Shown: one piece after another, positions 15,186 through 23,760 of the stretch
Numbering within the stretch: the first letter of the stretch is position 1
Layout: each line of letters opens with the position of its first letter
Origin: a virus
Lineage: Duplodnaviria; Caudoviricetes
DNA length: 27,375 bases
Direction: 5' to 3' (one strand)
IMG/VR virus record: IMGVR_UViG_3300044252_000039
Coordinates: 1 to 27,375 of that record
Translations under genes and position numbers: made by a program
The notes under the pieces: generated by a model
What the model saw: only the letters and a program-made list of their open reading frames with translations
The model's database searches: none
Told to the model about the DNA's origin: nothing

Positions 15186-16602
15186 AGTCGTCGAGAACTT
15201 CGCCGCAGGGCTGGACAATCGTAAGTCAGCGCTGACCGCTCCCGGCGGCACGTTGACCCGCCTCACCAACGCGGCGGTCAACCCCGGCGGCGAGATCGAG
15301 AAGCGGCGCGCCTTCGTCAAGCTCGGCACCAACCTCCTCGCCGGCACCTTCGGCCTGGCGGCGACATCAAGCACACTCTACGTCTTCGGCAGGAGCGAAG
15401 TCCCGACCGTGCCGGCGTCGCCCGTGCCGGGCGTCGGCCTGGTCGGCTTGCAGGTTCCCGGCATTAGCCCATCTGCGGTGCAGACCGATTACGATGTCTT
15501 CGATGGCCGCATCTACCTCGTCTGCTACGAGCCAACCGGCCTTACGGACGTAGACAAGAACCCACACTTCTACGCCCAGGCCGGCACTCTGTTCACTCAC
15601 CCCACCGAGGGCAGGGGTAAGGGCTTCTACGTCCGCACTTACCAGAGCAAAATCTACTCGGTGACCGGCAAGTATCTGTACTTCTCCGCCGTCAACGACC
15701 CGATGCTGTGGGACACCGGCACCGGCCACGGCTACATCAACCTGTCGCTGCAAGACGCCGACAGCGAGCGGCTGACCAGCCTCGAAGTCTACTACGACAA
15801 GCTGGGCATATTCTCGACCGATGCGATCCAGCTGTGGGCGGTCGATCCCGACCCGCTGGCCAACGCCTATGTCCAGCTGCTGCGCGGCACCGGCACCAAC
15901 GCGCCGCGCTCGACCTCGCAGTATGGCTCCGGCGACGTGCTCTATCTCGACCAGTCCGGCGTCCGCTCCATGAAGGCCAAGGACAGTTCCAACTCCGCCG
16001 CCGTCAGCGACATCGGCTCGCCCATCGACGCCCTGATCCAGGAGATCCACCGCGACCGTGGAGCGACATACTTCAACAAGGCGATCGCCCTGCTGGAGCC
16101 GCTGGTCGGGCGCTTCTGGATGGTCTTCCCCGACATCATCTACGTGCTGAGCTACTTCCCCGGCCCGAAGATCACCGCCTGGTCCAAATACGTGCCGGGC
16201 TTCACCATCGACCACGCGGTGGCCTGCGGCGGCCATCTGTTCTTCCGCGCCGGCGATGACCTCTACGTCTATGGCGGCACTGACGGCGGCGCTTACGACA
16301 ATTGCGGCGTCGAGGTCAGACTGCCCTATCTCAACGGCAAGAAGCCCGGCAACAACAAGATATTCGAGGCGATAGACCTGTCGATAACCGGCTCCTGGCA
16401 GGTGCGGGTGTCCTACGATTTCAACAACCCGGACGCCGAGGAGACGATCGGCAATTTCGCCGCGTCGACGTGGAACGGCGGCCGCGCCGAGCTCACCGGC
16501 AACGCCAGCCACATCTCGCTGCGCTTCCACAACAGCGACGCCAACCCGGCGGTGCTGAGCAATGTCGCGGTGCATTACCAGGTGGTGGACGACGAGCAAT
16601 GA
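15175..16602 (+). CDS. Tail nozzle / tail tubular protein B-like (DNA stabilisation protein), 475 aa
   Basis: N-terminal NFAAGLD and GGEIEKRRAF motifs, LYFSAVNDP and ITAWS, beta-propeller-like composition; follows the adaptor. Confidence 0.75.
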   Translation: MAYEVVENFAAGLDNRKSALTAPGGTLTRLTNAAVNPGGEIEKRRAFVKLGTNLLAGTFGLAATSSTLYVFGRSEVPTVPASPVPGVGLVGLQVPGISPSAVQTDYDVFDGRIYLVCYEPTGLTDVDKNPHFYAQAGTLFTHPTEGRGKGFYVRTYQSKIYSVTGKYLYFSAVNDPMLWDTGTGHGYINLSLQDADSERLTSLEVYYDKLGIFSTDAIQLWAVDPDPLANAYVQLLRGTGTNAPRSTSQYGSGDVLYLDQSGVRSMKAKDSSNSAAVSDIGSPIDALIQEIHRDRGATYFNKAIALLEPLVGRFWMVFPDIIYVLSYFPGPKITAWSKYVPGFTIDHAVACGGHLFFRAGDDLYVYGGTDGGAYDNCGVEVRLPYLNGKKPGNNKIFEAIDLSITGSWQVRVSYDFNNPDAEETIGNFAASTWNGGRAELTGNASHISLRFHNSDANPAVLSNVAVHYQVVDDEQ

Positions 16603-17069
16603 CGACGATCGCCACCGCCACCTTCGAGGATCTCGCCTACGTGGCGTCCTGGATGTGTCCGATGGACCGCCGGGAACTAGCGGTCACCCGCGACCCCGAC
16701 GACTACGTCAGGCTGGCCAGGGACGCCTTCGCCACCAAGATACACAAGGTGGCGCTCAACGCCGCCGGAACCCCGGTGTTCGCCTTCGGCGCGCAGCCGA
16801 TCGACAAGCACACGGTGAGCGTCTGGGGCTTCAAGACCAGGCACGGCCAGTCGGTCGCTCGCACGGTCACCAAATACCTGCTACAGAAAATAATCCCGGA
16901 TTTGCGCGACACCGGGATCAGTCGAGCGATCTGCTATGTTCACCCGGACAACGCCGTCTCGCGCCGCTGGCTAGCGCACTTGGGCTTTCGACCCTTGGCC
17001 ACCCCTGGGGAGCTTGGCACCCCGCTGATAAAATATCAGCGAGACGAGCCAGTTGAACGCCCCGCATAA
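16599..17069 (+). CDS. GNAT-fold protein, T7 gp13-like, 156 aa
   Basis: ATGA-coupled start MTTIATATFED; M...DRREL motif and VHPDN..SRRWLAHLGF acyl-CoA-binding-type C-terminus; position after the nozzle as for T7 gp13. Confidence 0.7.
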   Translation: MTTIATATFEDLAYVASWMCPMDRRELAVTRDPDDYVRLARDAFATKIHKVALNAAGTPVFAFGAQPIDKHTVSVWGFKTRHGQSVARTVTKYLLQKIIPDLRDTGISRAICYVHPDNAVSRRWLAHLGFRPLATPGELGTPLIKYQRDEPVERPA

Positions 17070-17559
17070 GCACCAGCGCATATTCCAGAAGGCCTTCGAA
17101 CGCTACGTCTTCCGCGTCGCCACGCCCGGCGATGTCGACGGCATCGTCGCGCTGTGGCCGGAGCACTGGGCCGAGGCGCACTACCGCGACCGGGGCATCG
17201 AACCGGACGAGCCGCGCTACCGCGAGTGGATGTCCTACATGCTGGAGTACGGCATCCATGTCTGGGTGCTGGCGCTCGACGGCGAGGAGATCGTCGGCTT
17301 CTTCGAGTACGGGCTGGACCACAATTTCTCGAAACGGCCCGTCGCGGTGATGGGTTCGTTCTTCGTCGCCAAGGCGCACAGGCGTTCGGCCGTCCCGGCG
17401 ATCCTGTTCGATCTCGGCGTCGGTCAGGCGCGGGCGGACGGTGCCTGCGCCTTTCATGCGCCGATCGCCTCGGAGACGCTGTCGTCACGGGCGCTCGAAA
17501 ACTCGTTCACGAAACACGGCTTCAAGGTCATCGGGTCGCTGATGGGCCGCGCGCTATAG
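17053..17559 (+). CDS. GNAT family N-acyltransferase, 168 aa
   Basis: FRVATPGDVDGI, DGEEIVGF, FFVAKAHRRS and FTKHGFKVIG are GNAT motifs. TTG start; exact start uncertain. Confidence 0.8.
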   Translation: MNAPHKHQRIFQKAFERYVFRVATPGDVDGIVALWPEHWAEAHYRDRGIEPDEPRYREWMSYMLEYGIHVWVLALDGEEIVGFFEYGLDHNFSKRPVAVMGSFFVAKAHRRSAVPAILFDLGVGQARADGACAFHAPIASETLSSRALENSFTKHGFKVIGSLMGRAL

Positions 17560-17568
17560 GAGGCCACC

Positions 17569-18555
17569 GTGGGTGGAAAATCGTCAGACAACGGCCAGAT
17601 GATCAAGATGCAGAAGGAGCAGGCCGCAGAGGCCCGCGCCAAGGACACGGCGCGCCAGCAGCGCATCGACGCCGGCCTGGCGGCGATCCAGTCGGCCTTC
17701 ACCGGCAAGCCGGTGACCACCACCCAGCACAAGACCATGAGGGCGACCGGGCCAGGCGGCACGTTGCCGGCCGGCTACAGCTACGTGCAGACGCCAGGGG
17801 CCGCAGCCCCCGCCACCGCTGCGGCGCGCTCGACGAGCGGCGGCGGCATCGGCTCCAACAGTGGCCGCGAGCAGTTCACCAACACCGGAACCCGTGGCAG
17901 CATGGAAGGCACGGCGCGCAATTTCACCCCACGCAGCAATACAAACAGTGGTGCCACATCAGGAGGAGGCGCGTCGACCTGGAAGGTTCGCGGACCTGAC
18001 GGGCGGATGTACGACGTCGGCACCGACATCGGCTACGACGAGACGGTCACCCATGGCCGCGAGGCCACCGGCATCGATGACGCCTGGTACAAGGAGTACA
18101 ACAAGGGCGTGTCCGACTATTTGCTGCCGCAGGTCTACGAGCAGTACGGCGACGCCAAGGACAAGCTGACCTACGATTTCGCCCGCGCCGGCACCAGCCG
18201 CTCGGGCGCGGCCGCCGGCGAATTCGCCGACCTGGAGAAGCAGCAGGTCGATCAGGTAGCGGACGCCTACAAGACCGCCGACACCGCCACCGGCGCGCTG
18301 CGTTCGCGCGTCGCCGACGAGCAGGCCAAGGCACAGGCACAACTCTACGCCACCGAGAACCCGGAGGTCGCCGCCAACCAGGCGCTCGCCGCCGTCAAGA
18401 ACATCTCGCTCGACACGCCTGCCATCTCGCCGCTCGGCGATGTGTTCAAGACGGCGCTGATCGGCGGGGCCAACATGCTGACCGGCTACAAAGCGCAGCA
18501 GAACGTCAACAACATCCGCACCGCCGCCGCCGCAGCGAACAAGGTCTATAACTGA
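17569..18555 (+). CDS. Internal virion / ejection protein, 328 aa
   Basis: Strong SD aggagg with GTG start; begins MGGKSS; Ala/Gln/Gly-rich helical protein in the ejection-protein position. Confidence 0.7.
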   Translation: MGGKSSDNGQMIKMQKEQAAEARAKDTARQQRIDAGLAAIQSAFTGKPVTTTQHKTMRATGPGGTLPAGYSYVQTPGAAAPATAAARSTSGGGIGSNSGREQFTNTGTRGSMEGTARNFTPRSNTNSGATSGGGASTWKVRGPDGRMYDVGTDIGYDETVTHGREATGIDDAWYKEYNKGVSDYLLPQVYEQYGDAKDKLTYDFARAGTSRSGAAAGEFADLEKQQVDQVADAYKTADTATGALRSRVADEQAKAQAQLYATENPEVAANQALAAVKNISLDTPAISPLGDVFKTALIGGANMLTGYKAQQNVNNIRTAAAAANKVYN

Positions 18556-19313
18556 TGTGTGACCCCCTCTCCCTCGGCGCGCTGGCGATCGGAGCGGCCG
18601 GCACGGCGGCCAACTCGATCGGCCAGGCCAACGCCGCCAAGAAGCAGGAATCCGAGTACAACTCCTGGGCGGCGATGCAGAAGAAGAACCGCGAGCAGGA
18701 GAACGCCCGCCAGCAAGGCTTGCGTGAGCAGGCGACGGCGGCGCAGCAGCAGGGCGTCGAGGACATCTCGCTGGTCAACCAGTCCAAGCTCCAGGACGCC
18801 GAGCAGGCCCGCCTGGAGGCGGTGCTGGCCGGCGAGGACGCCAACGCCGCTCCCGGCCCAAACACGCCTGTAGCCCCCGCAGACGCCACGGCGACGCCCT
18901 ATGGCGGCGACGTCTACCAGAACGACTTCGGCACACAGCTGGCCGACGCCATGGCCAGCGCCAAGAAACGCATCGGCGCGCTGGCCACGGTGCAGTCGTT
19001 CGGCGATTCGTTCGGTGGCCTCGGCACCGTCAACCCGATCAACCAGGCCACCGCCGGTGCCGGCATCGACGAGGCCAACGCGAAGCGCGAGGGTTCGCTG
19101 GCGGCATACCAGACAGAGCAGGCGGTCGACCCGACGCAGATCACCTACTCCAACCCGGTCGCCGACATCGCCTCGTCATTCCTCGGCGCTGGCATGCAGG
19201 GACTGGGCCAGGGGGTGGCCAACGGCGGTGGCATCAGCAGCATTTTCAAAGGCACGCTGGCACCGAAAGTGAAGGCCCCGCTCCCTGGGACCGGCTTTGG
19301 CCTATTCAGTTAA
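18555..19313 (+). CDS. Internal virion protein, T7 gp14-like, 252 aa
   Basis: Begins MCDP followed by a Gly/Ala hydrophobic stretch and a Gln-rich coiled coil, as in gp14-like ejection proteins; TGATG-coupled. Confidence 0.7.
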   Translation: MCDPLSLGALAIGAAGTAANSIGQANAAKKQESEYNSWAAMQKKNREQENARQQGLREQATAAQQQGVEDISLVNQSKLQDAEQARLEAVLAGEDANAAPGPNTPVAPADATATPYGGDVYQNDFGTQLADAMASAKKRIGALATVQSFGDSFGGLGTVNPINQATAGAGIDEANAKREGSLAAYQTEQAVDPTQITYSNPVADIASSFLGAGMQGLGQGVANGGGISSIFKGTLAPKVKAPLPGTGFGLFS

Positions 19314-19325
19314 GAGGACGACGCG

Positions 19326-22091
19326 ATGGCATCGATGGGCCTCAAGGTTAACCACGACCAGTACGGCACCGAAACCGGTGGCCTCCTGGCCAAGGCGCTG
19401 TTGCCCCCCGACGCCGCCGACGCCATCGCCACCGAGCGGATGAAGTCGGCGCTGATGACCGACGCGCTGCAACGCAAGCTGCTGCGCGAGCAGACTACCC
19501 TGGCCACCCAGCAGGCGATCGATCGGCATATGCTGAACCAGCGCGAGCACGCCGCCTGGCTGGCCCGCTACGGAGCCATCGACGATGCCAGCCAACTGGA
19601 AACCGACATGCGCGGCGCGCCAGTTGTCGAACCGCCCGTCGTCGCCGACCCGGTAGTCACCGCTGCCACCGGCAGCACCGAGCCGGACTTCGAATACCCC
19701 GTGACCCAGTACCCGACAACGCACCCCGGTGCCGGGCCGGAGCCGGACTTCGAGTACCGTGTCAACCAGTACCCGCTGCGATCCGACGCCGAACCGCCGG
19801 TGCCGATTGACCTGCCGGCCTACAGCACGGTGCGCCCGGAAGGCCCGCTCGGCGCGCTGCCCGGAGCACCGCCATCAGCCGTCGCTCCCGGCCTACAGGT
19901 CATCTCGTCCTTCAACGCCCGCCCGGCGGGGCCGCTCTTGTCAATGCCGGAGGCGACACCAGGCGTCGGCATACACGAGGCGCTGATGGGGCAGGCACCA
20001 CCGGAAGAGCCGATCGGCATCACGCCGCGCAACCACCCGGTGATCGATTGGCTCACAGGGGCGGACCCGACGAGTGACTTCCTGGCGCGGCCCGGCGGAC
20101 CACCGCCGCAGGCGCAGCCAGCAGCCCCCGAGCAGCCGATACCGGTCGATCCGCTGGCCATTTACAACACCGTGCGACCGGAAGGCCCGCTTGGTTCCCT
20201 GCCAGCTGCCGAGTATGTCGACACCGTGCGGCCGGAAGGCCCGCTCGGTTCCCTGCCGGCTGCGGAGCCGCCGCTGCCAGTAGAAAGCCTGGTGCGTCCG
20301 GCGCTGGGCGAGGACGTGCTCACGGAAGCCAATCTGGTGCGGCCGGAAGGCCCGCTCGGAGCCTTGCCCGCAGCCCCGCCACCGCCGGCCGAAGTCATCA
20401 CCGTACCCGGCCGCGAGACACCGATCGAAGCCCGCCCGGCCGAAGTCATAACCGTACCCGGCCGCGACATCCCGCCGGCCGCCGTGGCCGCTGCGACCCC
20501 AGCGGAGGGGACGTCGGCGGCTGCTGCGGAAGCTCCCGCCCCGGCAACGCCGGCGTCTACCGCTTCCCCGACCTCGGCTGTCGTCGGTGTCGACGGCGGC
20601 GCGCAGGACACCGCGACCACTATCCAGACCACACAGGGGCCGGTGGAGCGCGAGAAGGTCAGCGCGATGATGAAGTACATCTTCCTCAACGCCGCCACTC
20701 CTGGCGACGGCGTGCAGGCGGCGCAGCGTTGGGCCGGCACGATCGGCGCGACCTACAATCCGAAGTTCGGCACCGACGCCAATTTCACCGAGAACGCGGC
20801 GTCACTACGCCAGGGCGGCGCGGCGCTCGGCCGCGAGAGCGTGCTCGGCAGTGACGCGGCGATCCGCGTGGCCAACGAAACTGAATCGGCCAAGCCAAAA
20901 TACCAGATGATCGACGACCGGCTTTACCGGGTCGGCACGGGGGCGAATGGCGAGGACACCGCCACGCTGGTCGGGGGCCAGCCAGACGCCAAGGAGGTCA
21001 ACCCCTATGGCGACAGCCTCGAAGGCAATCTGATGTGGTCCGTCAGCAAGCTGAACGTGGCCAAGCCAGACCCGAAAACGTGGACGCCGGAGGAGAAGCT
21101 GAACTACAGCCAGATGATCGAACACCTCTACGGCTCCAAGGTGGAAGTCGCAGCGGACGGCACGATCGTCGACGTCGGTGGCAAGCTACCCGATGGCGTG
21201 CTGCCTGGTTCGGCTGGCTTCAAGTCAGGTACGCTGCCGCCATCTACCGTGGCTCCGGCACCGGACGCAGCGCCGGCGGCACCAGACGCTGCCGCCCCTG
21301 CCACAGCGCCTGCTACAGCACCTGCTCCAGCGGCACCGGCGGGTCGCGGCAAGAAGAACAAGCACGGCCGCTTCCTGACCGAAGAAGGCTACCCGTCCTA
21401 TGGCGGCTACCTGGCCGGGGATCAGCCCGCGCCGCCGCCAATCGAGCAGGAACTCGGCGGCAGGAAAGTCACCACAGCCAGGCCTGCCGAACGAACCAAG
21501 GAGGCCGAAGGGCAGACTGGAAAGCAGGTGACTTACACCAGGCAGGCGCTGGAGCCGGCGGCGTACTTCCTCAAGCTGAAAAAGGGTGACGTCAAGGTCA
21601 CCGCGTTGCAGGACATCATGGCCAAGATGGCCGAGGATACGCCGGTCGAGAAATTCCTCCAACGCTACACGCTGAGCGCCGACGAGCGCGAGTACTTCCG
21701 TAACGTCATCGAAATCGTCAAGGACATGAGCCACAAAGACAGCGGTGCCGACGTCACCAAGAGCGATCTGGTAACCTACAGCAGCCTGTACGAACTGCCG
21801 CTCGACCCGACTGAGAAAGACCTGGCGCTGATGAAGCGGTCGATCAGAGGGACGCTACGCGGCTCACGCGAGGGCTTTGTCGGCGCGGTGCCGGCGGAGG
21901 CCTTGCGCGCCTGGGACAAGGAGGCGGGCCGGCTCGGTATCGATCTCGACGAAGAGGAGTACGTGGCTCCGATCGGTGCTAGCGACGGCCCCAGCGAGGA
22001 GGATATCCAAGCGACGATGAAGGCGCGCAACATGACGCGGCAGCAGGTGCTTGACGCGCTGGACGCGAAGAAGAAAAGGGGCGCGCAGTAA
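19326..22091 (+). CDS. Large internal virion / ejection protein with Pro-rich internal repeats, 921 aa
   Basis: SD gagga; position among ejection genes; long Pro/Ala-rich repeat region; short C-terminal helical motif SEEDIQATMKARNMTRQQVLDAL. Confidence 0.7.
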   Translation: MASMGLKVNHDQYGTETGGLLAKALLPPDAADAIATERMKSALMTDALQRKLLREQTTLATQQAIDRHMLNQREHAAWLARYGAIDDASQLETDMRGAPVVEPPVVADPVVTAATGSTEPDFEYPVTQYPTTHPGAGPEPDFEYRVNQYPLRSDAEPPVPIDLPAYSTVRPEGPLGALPGAPPSAVAPGLQVISSFNARPAGPLLSMPEATPGVGIHEALMGQAPPEEPIGITPRNHPVIDWLTGADPTSDFLARPGGPPPQAQPAAPEQPIPVDPLAIYNTVRPEGPLGSLPAAEYVDTVRPEGPLGSLPAAEPPLPVESLVRPALGEDVLTEANLVRPEGPLGALPAAPPPPAEVITVPGRETPIEARPAEVITVPGRDIPPAAVAAATPAEGTSAAAAEAPAPATPASTASPTSAVVGVDGGAQDTATTIQTTQGPVEREKVSAMMKYIFLNAATPGDGVQAAQRWAGTIGATYNPKFGTDANFTENAASLRQGGAALGRESVLGSDAAIRVANETESAKPKYQMIDDRLYRVGTGANGEDTATLVGGQPDAKEVNPYGDSLEGNLMWSVSKLNVAKPDPKTWTPEEKLNYSQMIEHLYGSKVEVAADGTIVDVGGKLPDGVLPGSAGFKSGTLPPSTVAPAPDAAPAAPDAAAPATAPATAPAPAAPAGRGKKNKHGRFLTEEGYPSYGGYLAGDQPAPPPIEQELGGRKVTTARPAERTKEAEGQTGKQVTYTRQALEPAAYFLKLKKGDVKVTALQDIMAKMAEDTPVEKFLQRYTLSADEREYFRNVIEIVKDMSHKDSGADVTKSDLVTYSSLYELPLDPTEKDLALMKRSIRGTLRGSREGFVGAVPAEALRAWDKEAGRLGIDLDEEEYVAPIGASDGPSEEDIQATMKARNMTRQQVLDALDAKKKRGAQ
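19680..20468 (+). repeat. In-frame intragenic repeats of three families
   Basis: EPDFEYxVxQYP x2 (19680-19715, 19740-19775); VRPEGPLGxLP x4 (near 19830, 20172, 20226, 20337); PAEVITVPGR x2 (20385-20417, 20436-20468). Confidence 0.9.
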
Positions 22092-23011
22092 TGGCCGGGC
22101 GCGATCTTCTCGCCGACGAGCCTCCGAAAGGTCGCGACCTTCTGGCCGACGACCCCGATCTGCTGCCGCCCGAGGGCGAGGACAAGCCCGGCTGGGACTG
22201 GTTGCAAAACAACCACCCGAACATTTTCCAGGGCATACGCGAACCCCTTGTCGGTATCGCTAAGGGCGTCGGCAACCTGCCCAACGTCATTCCCAACGTG
22301 GTCAACCGCGCTAACGAAATCTACCACCTGCACGCGGATGAACCGGACGCGCCACCACCGGAACCGGTGATGGACCAGTGGATGACCGGCGCTGGACCCT
22401 ACGACAAGTCGATCGAAGAGATGAACCCGCCGCAGGCACCAGGCTGGGAAGGCTGGCGTAACTACGGCGAGATGACCGGCACGGCGCTGCCCGCCGGGCT
22501 GGGCGCGGCGTTTGTGGTGCCAGCACTGGCCAAGATCGGCAGCGGCGTCGGCTCTGTCGCCGACTATTTCTATGGCGACCCGGCGATACGCGAACAGCCT
22601 ATCCAGGACTACATGCTGGGCGACGCAGAGCAGGGAAAGTGGTCGCAGACCGCCGAGTTCGCGGCACCTCTCGCCGCCGGCGGGGTGGTTAAGAGCGGCA
22701 AGGCGGCGGTTAACTCACCTCGCGCAGCGGCAATCGGGGAGGGCTTGACCAAGGCCAGTGGTCCGATCGCCGCGCTGGCCACGCTGGCCAAGACTGGTGA
22801 TCTCACCAATGCCTACGTCGCCGGCAAGGCGGCACCTGCGACACTGCGGGCGGCGGGCAGGGTCGGTTCAGCCGTCCTGCCCTGGCTCAAGCCGGTGACC
22901 GATCTCGTCGGCGGGCCAGCGATTAACAGTCTATCGGGGGTCGCTGACGTGCTGGCGCGTTCTTTCACGCCAGCAGCAGGTGCCGACGAGCGGCGCAGAG
23001 GGCCGCGCTAA
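22091..23011 (+). CDS. Putative internal virion protein, 306 aa
   Basis: TAATG-coupled; N-terminal GRDLLAD repeated twice; Gly/Ala-rich hydrophobic stretches typical of ejection proteins. Confidence 0.6.
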   Translation: MAGRDLLADEPPKGRDLLADDPDLLPPEGEDKPGWDWLQNNHPNIFQGIREPLVGIAKGVGNLPNVIPNVVNRANEIYHLHADEPDAPPPEPVMDQWMTGAGPYDKSIEEMNPPQAPGWEGWRNYGEMTGTALPAGLGAAFVVPALAKIGSGVGSVADYFYGDPAIREQPIQDYMLGDAEQGKWSQTAEFAAPLAAGGVVKSGKAAVNSPRAAAIGEGLTKASGPIAALATLAKTGDLTNAYVAGKAAPATLRAAGRVGSAVLPWLKPVTDLVGGPAINSLSGVADVLARSFTPAAGADERRRGPR

Positions 23012-23760
23012 TGGCTGGCTCACCCTACCAACTCTACGGCGGCGCGACGCGGCCCGACGCGCTCAACTTCAACACCGCCTTCGCCCAGGCGATGAACGCG
23101 CTTTACGCGGCCGCGCCACCGGAGGTGCAGTCGGAGCTCGGCCTGACCTCCGGCTATCGATCGCCGGAAGTGCAGCAGGCGCTATGGGATAAGTCGGACA
23201 AGACAGGACACACGGTAGCCCGGCCTGGGCGATCGAAGCACCAGCACGGCACGGCTGCGGACTTGTACGGCTTCGGCCTCGGCGACGGCCCCTCGGTCAG
23301 CCAGGCGACGAAGGACTGGGTGCACCAGAACGCCGCCGCGCACGGCCTGGCGTTCCCGATGAACTATGAACCATGGCACGTTCAGCTTGCCAACGGCACG
23401 GCCCCGGCCGCAGAGGGAACAACAGCCGGGACCATGGCCTCAGCATTCGACCCGCGTGCGGCCGTGCTGGCGCAGCTTGAACACAATCCATGGAAAGCCA
23501 TAACCGATGTCGGCCCGAAGCGTGATGGCCTAGTCGGTGAGGGGAGTGCTGGGGGAGGACTGGCCGCCGCGCCGGACGCCGACCCCAGCATTCCTCCTAT
23601 TGAATCCGCCAACGCCAATGTCGCTCCCCTGGAGCCGAGTGCCCCGCTGCCAGGGCAATCACCTCTGAAGAAACTGGGGCAGCTGGCGCAGCTGTTCAAG
23701 GTCGCACCCCGCATCGGCGCGGCCGCCGAGGGCCAGGCGCTGCCGATCAGGAGGGCGTGA
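23011..23760 (+). CDS. M15-family (VanY-like) Zn peptidase, probable virion-associated peptidoglycan hydrolase, 249 aa
   Basis: SGYRS..Q..L, A.PG.SKHQHG.AADL and EPWH motifs, followed by a low-complexity C-terminal tail. Confidence 0.85.
   Translation: MAGSPYQLYGGATRPDALNFNTAFAQAMNALYAAAPPEVQSELGLTSGYRSPEVQQALWDKSDKTGHTVARPGRSKHQHGTAADLYGFGLGDGPSVSQATKDWVHQNAAAHGLAFPMNYEPWHVQLANGTAPAAEGTTAGTMASAFDPRAAVLAQLEHNPWKAITDVGPKRDGLVGEGSAGGGLAAAPDADPSIPPIESANANVAPLEPSAPLPGQSPLKKLGQLAQLFKVAPRIGAAAEGQALPIRRA

Noticed and set aside
19680-20468. CRISPR-like or non-coding repeat array
   Set aside because: Repeats are in frame, vary at synonymous positions, are irregularly spaced and have no cas genes nearby.
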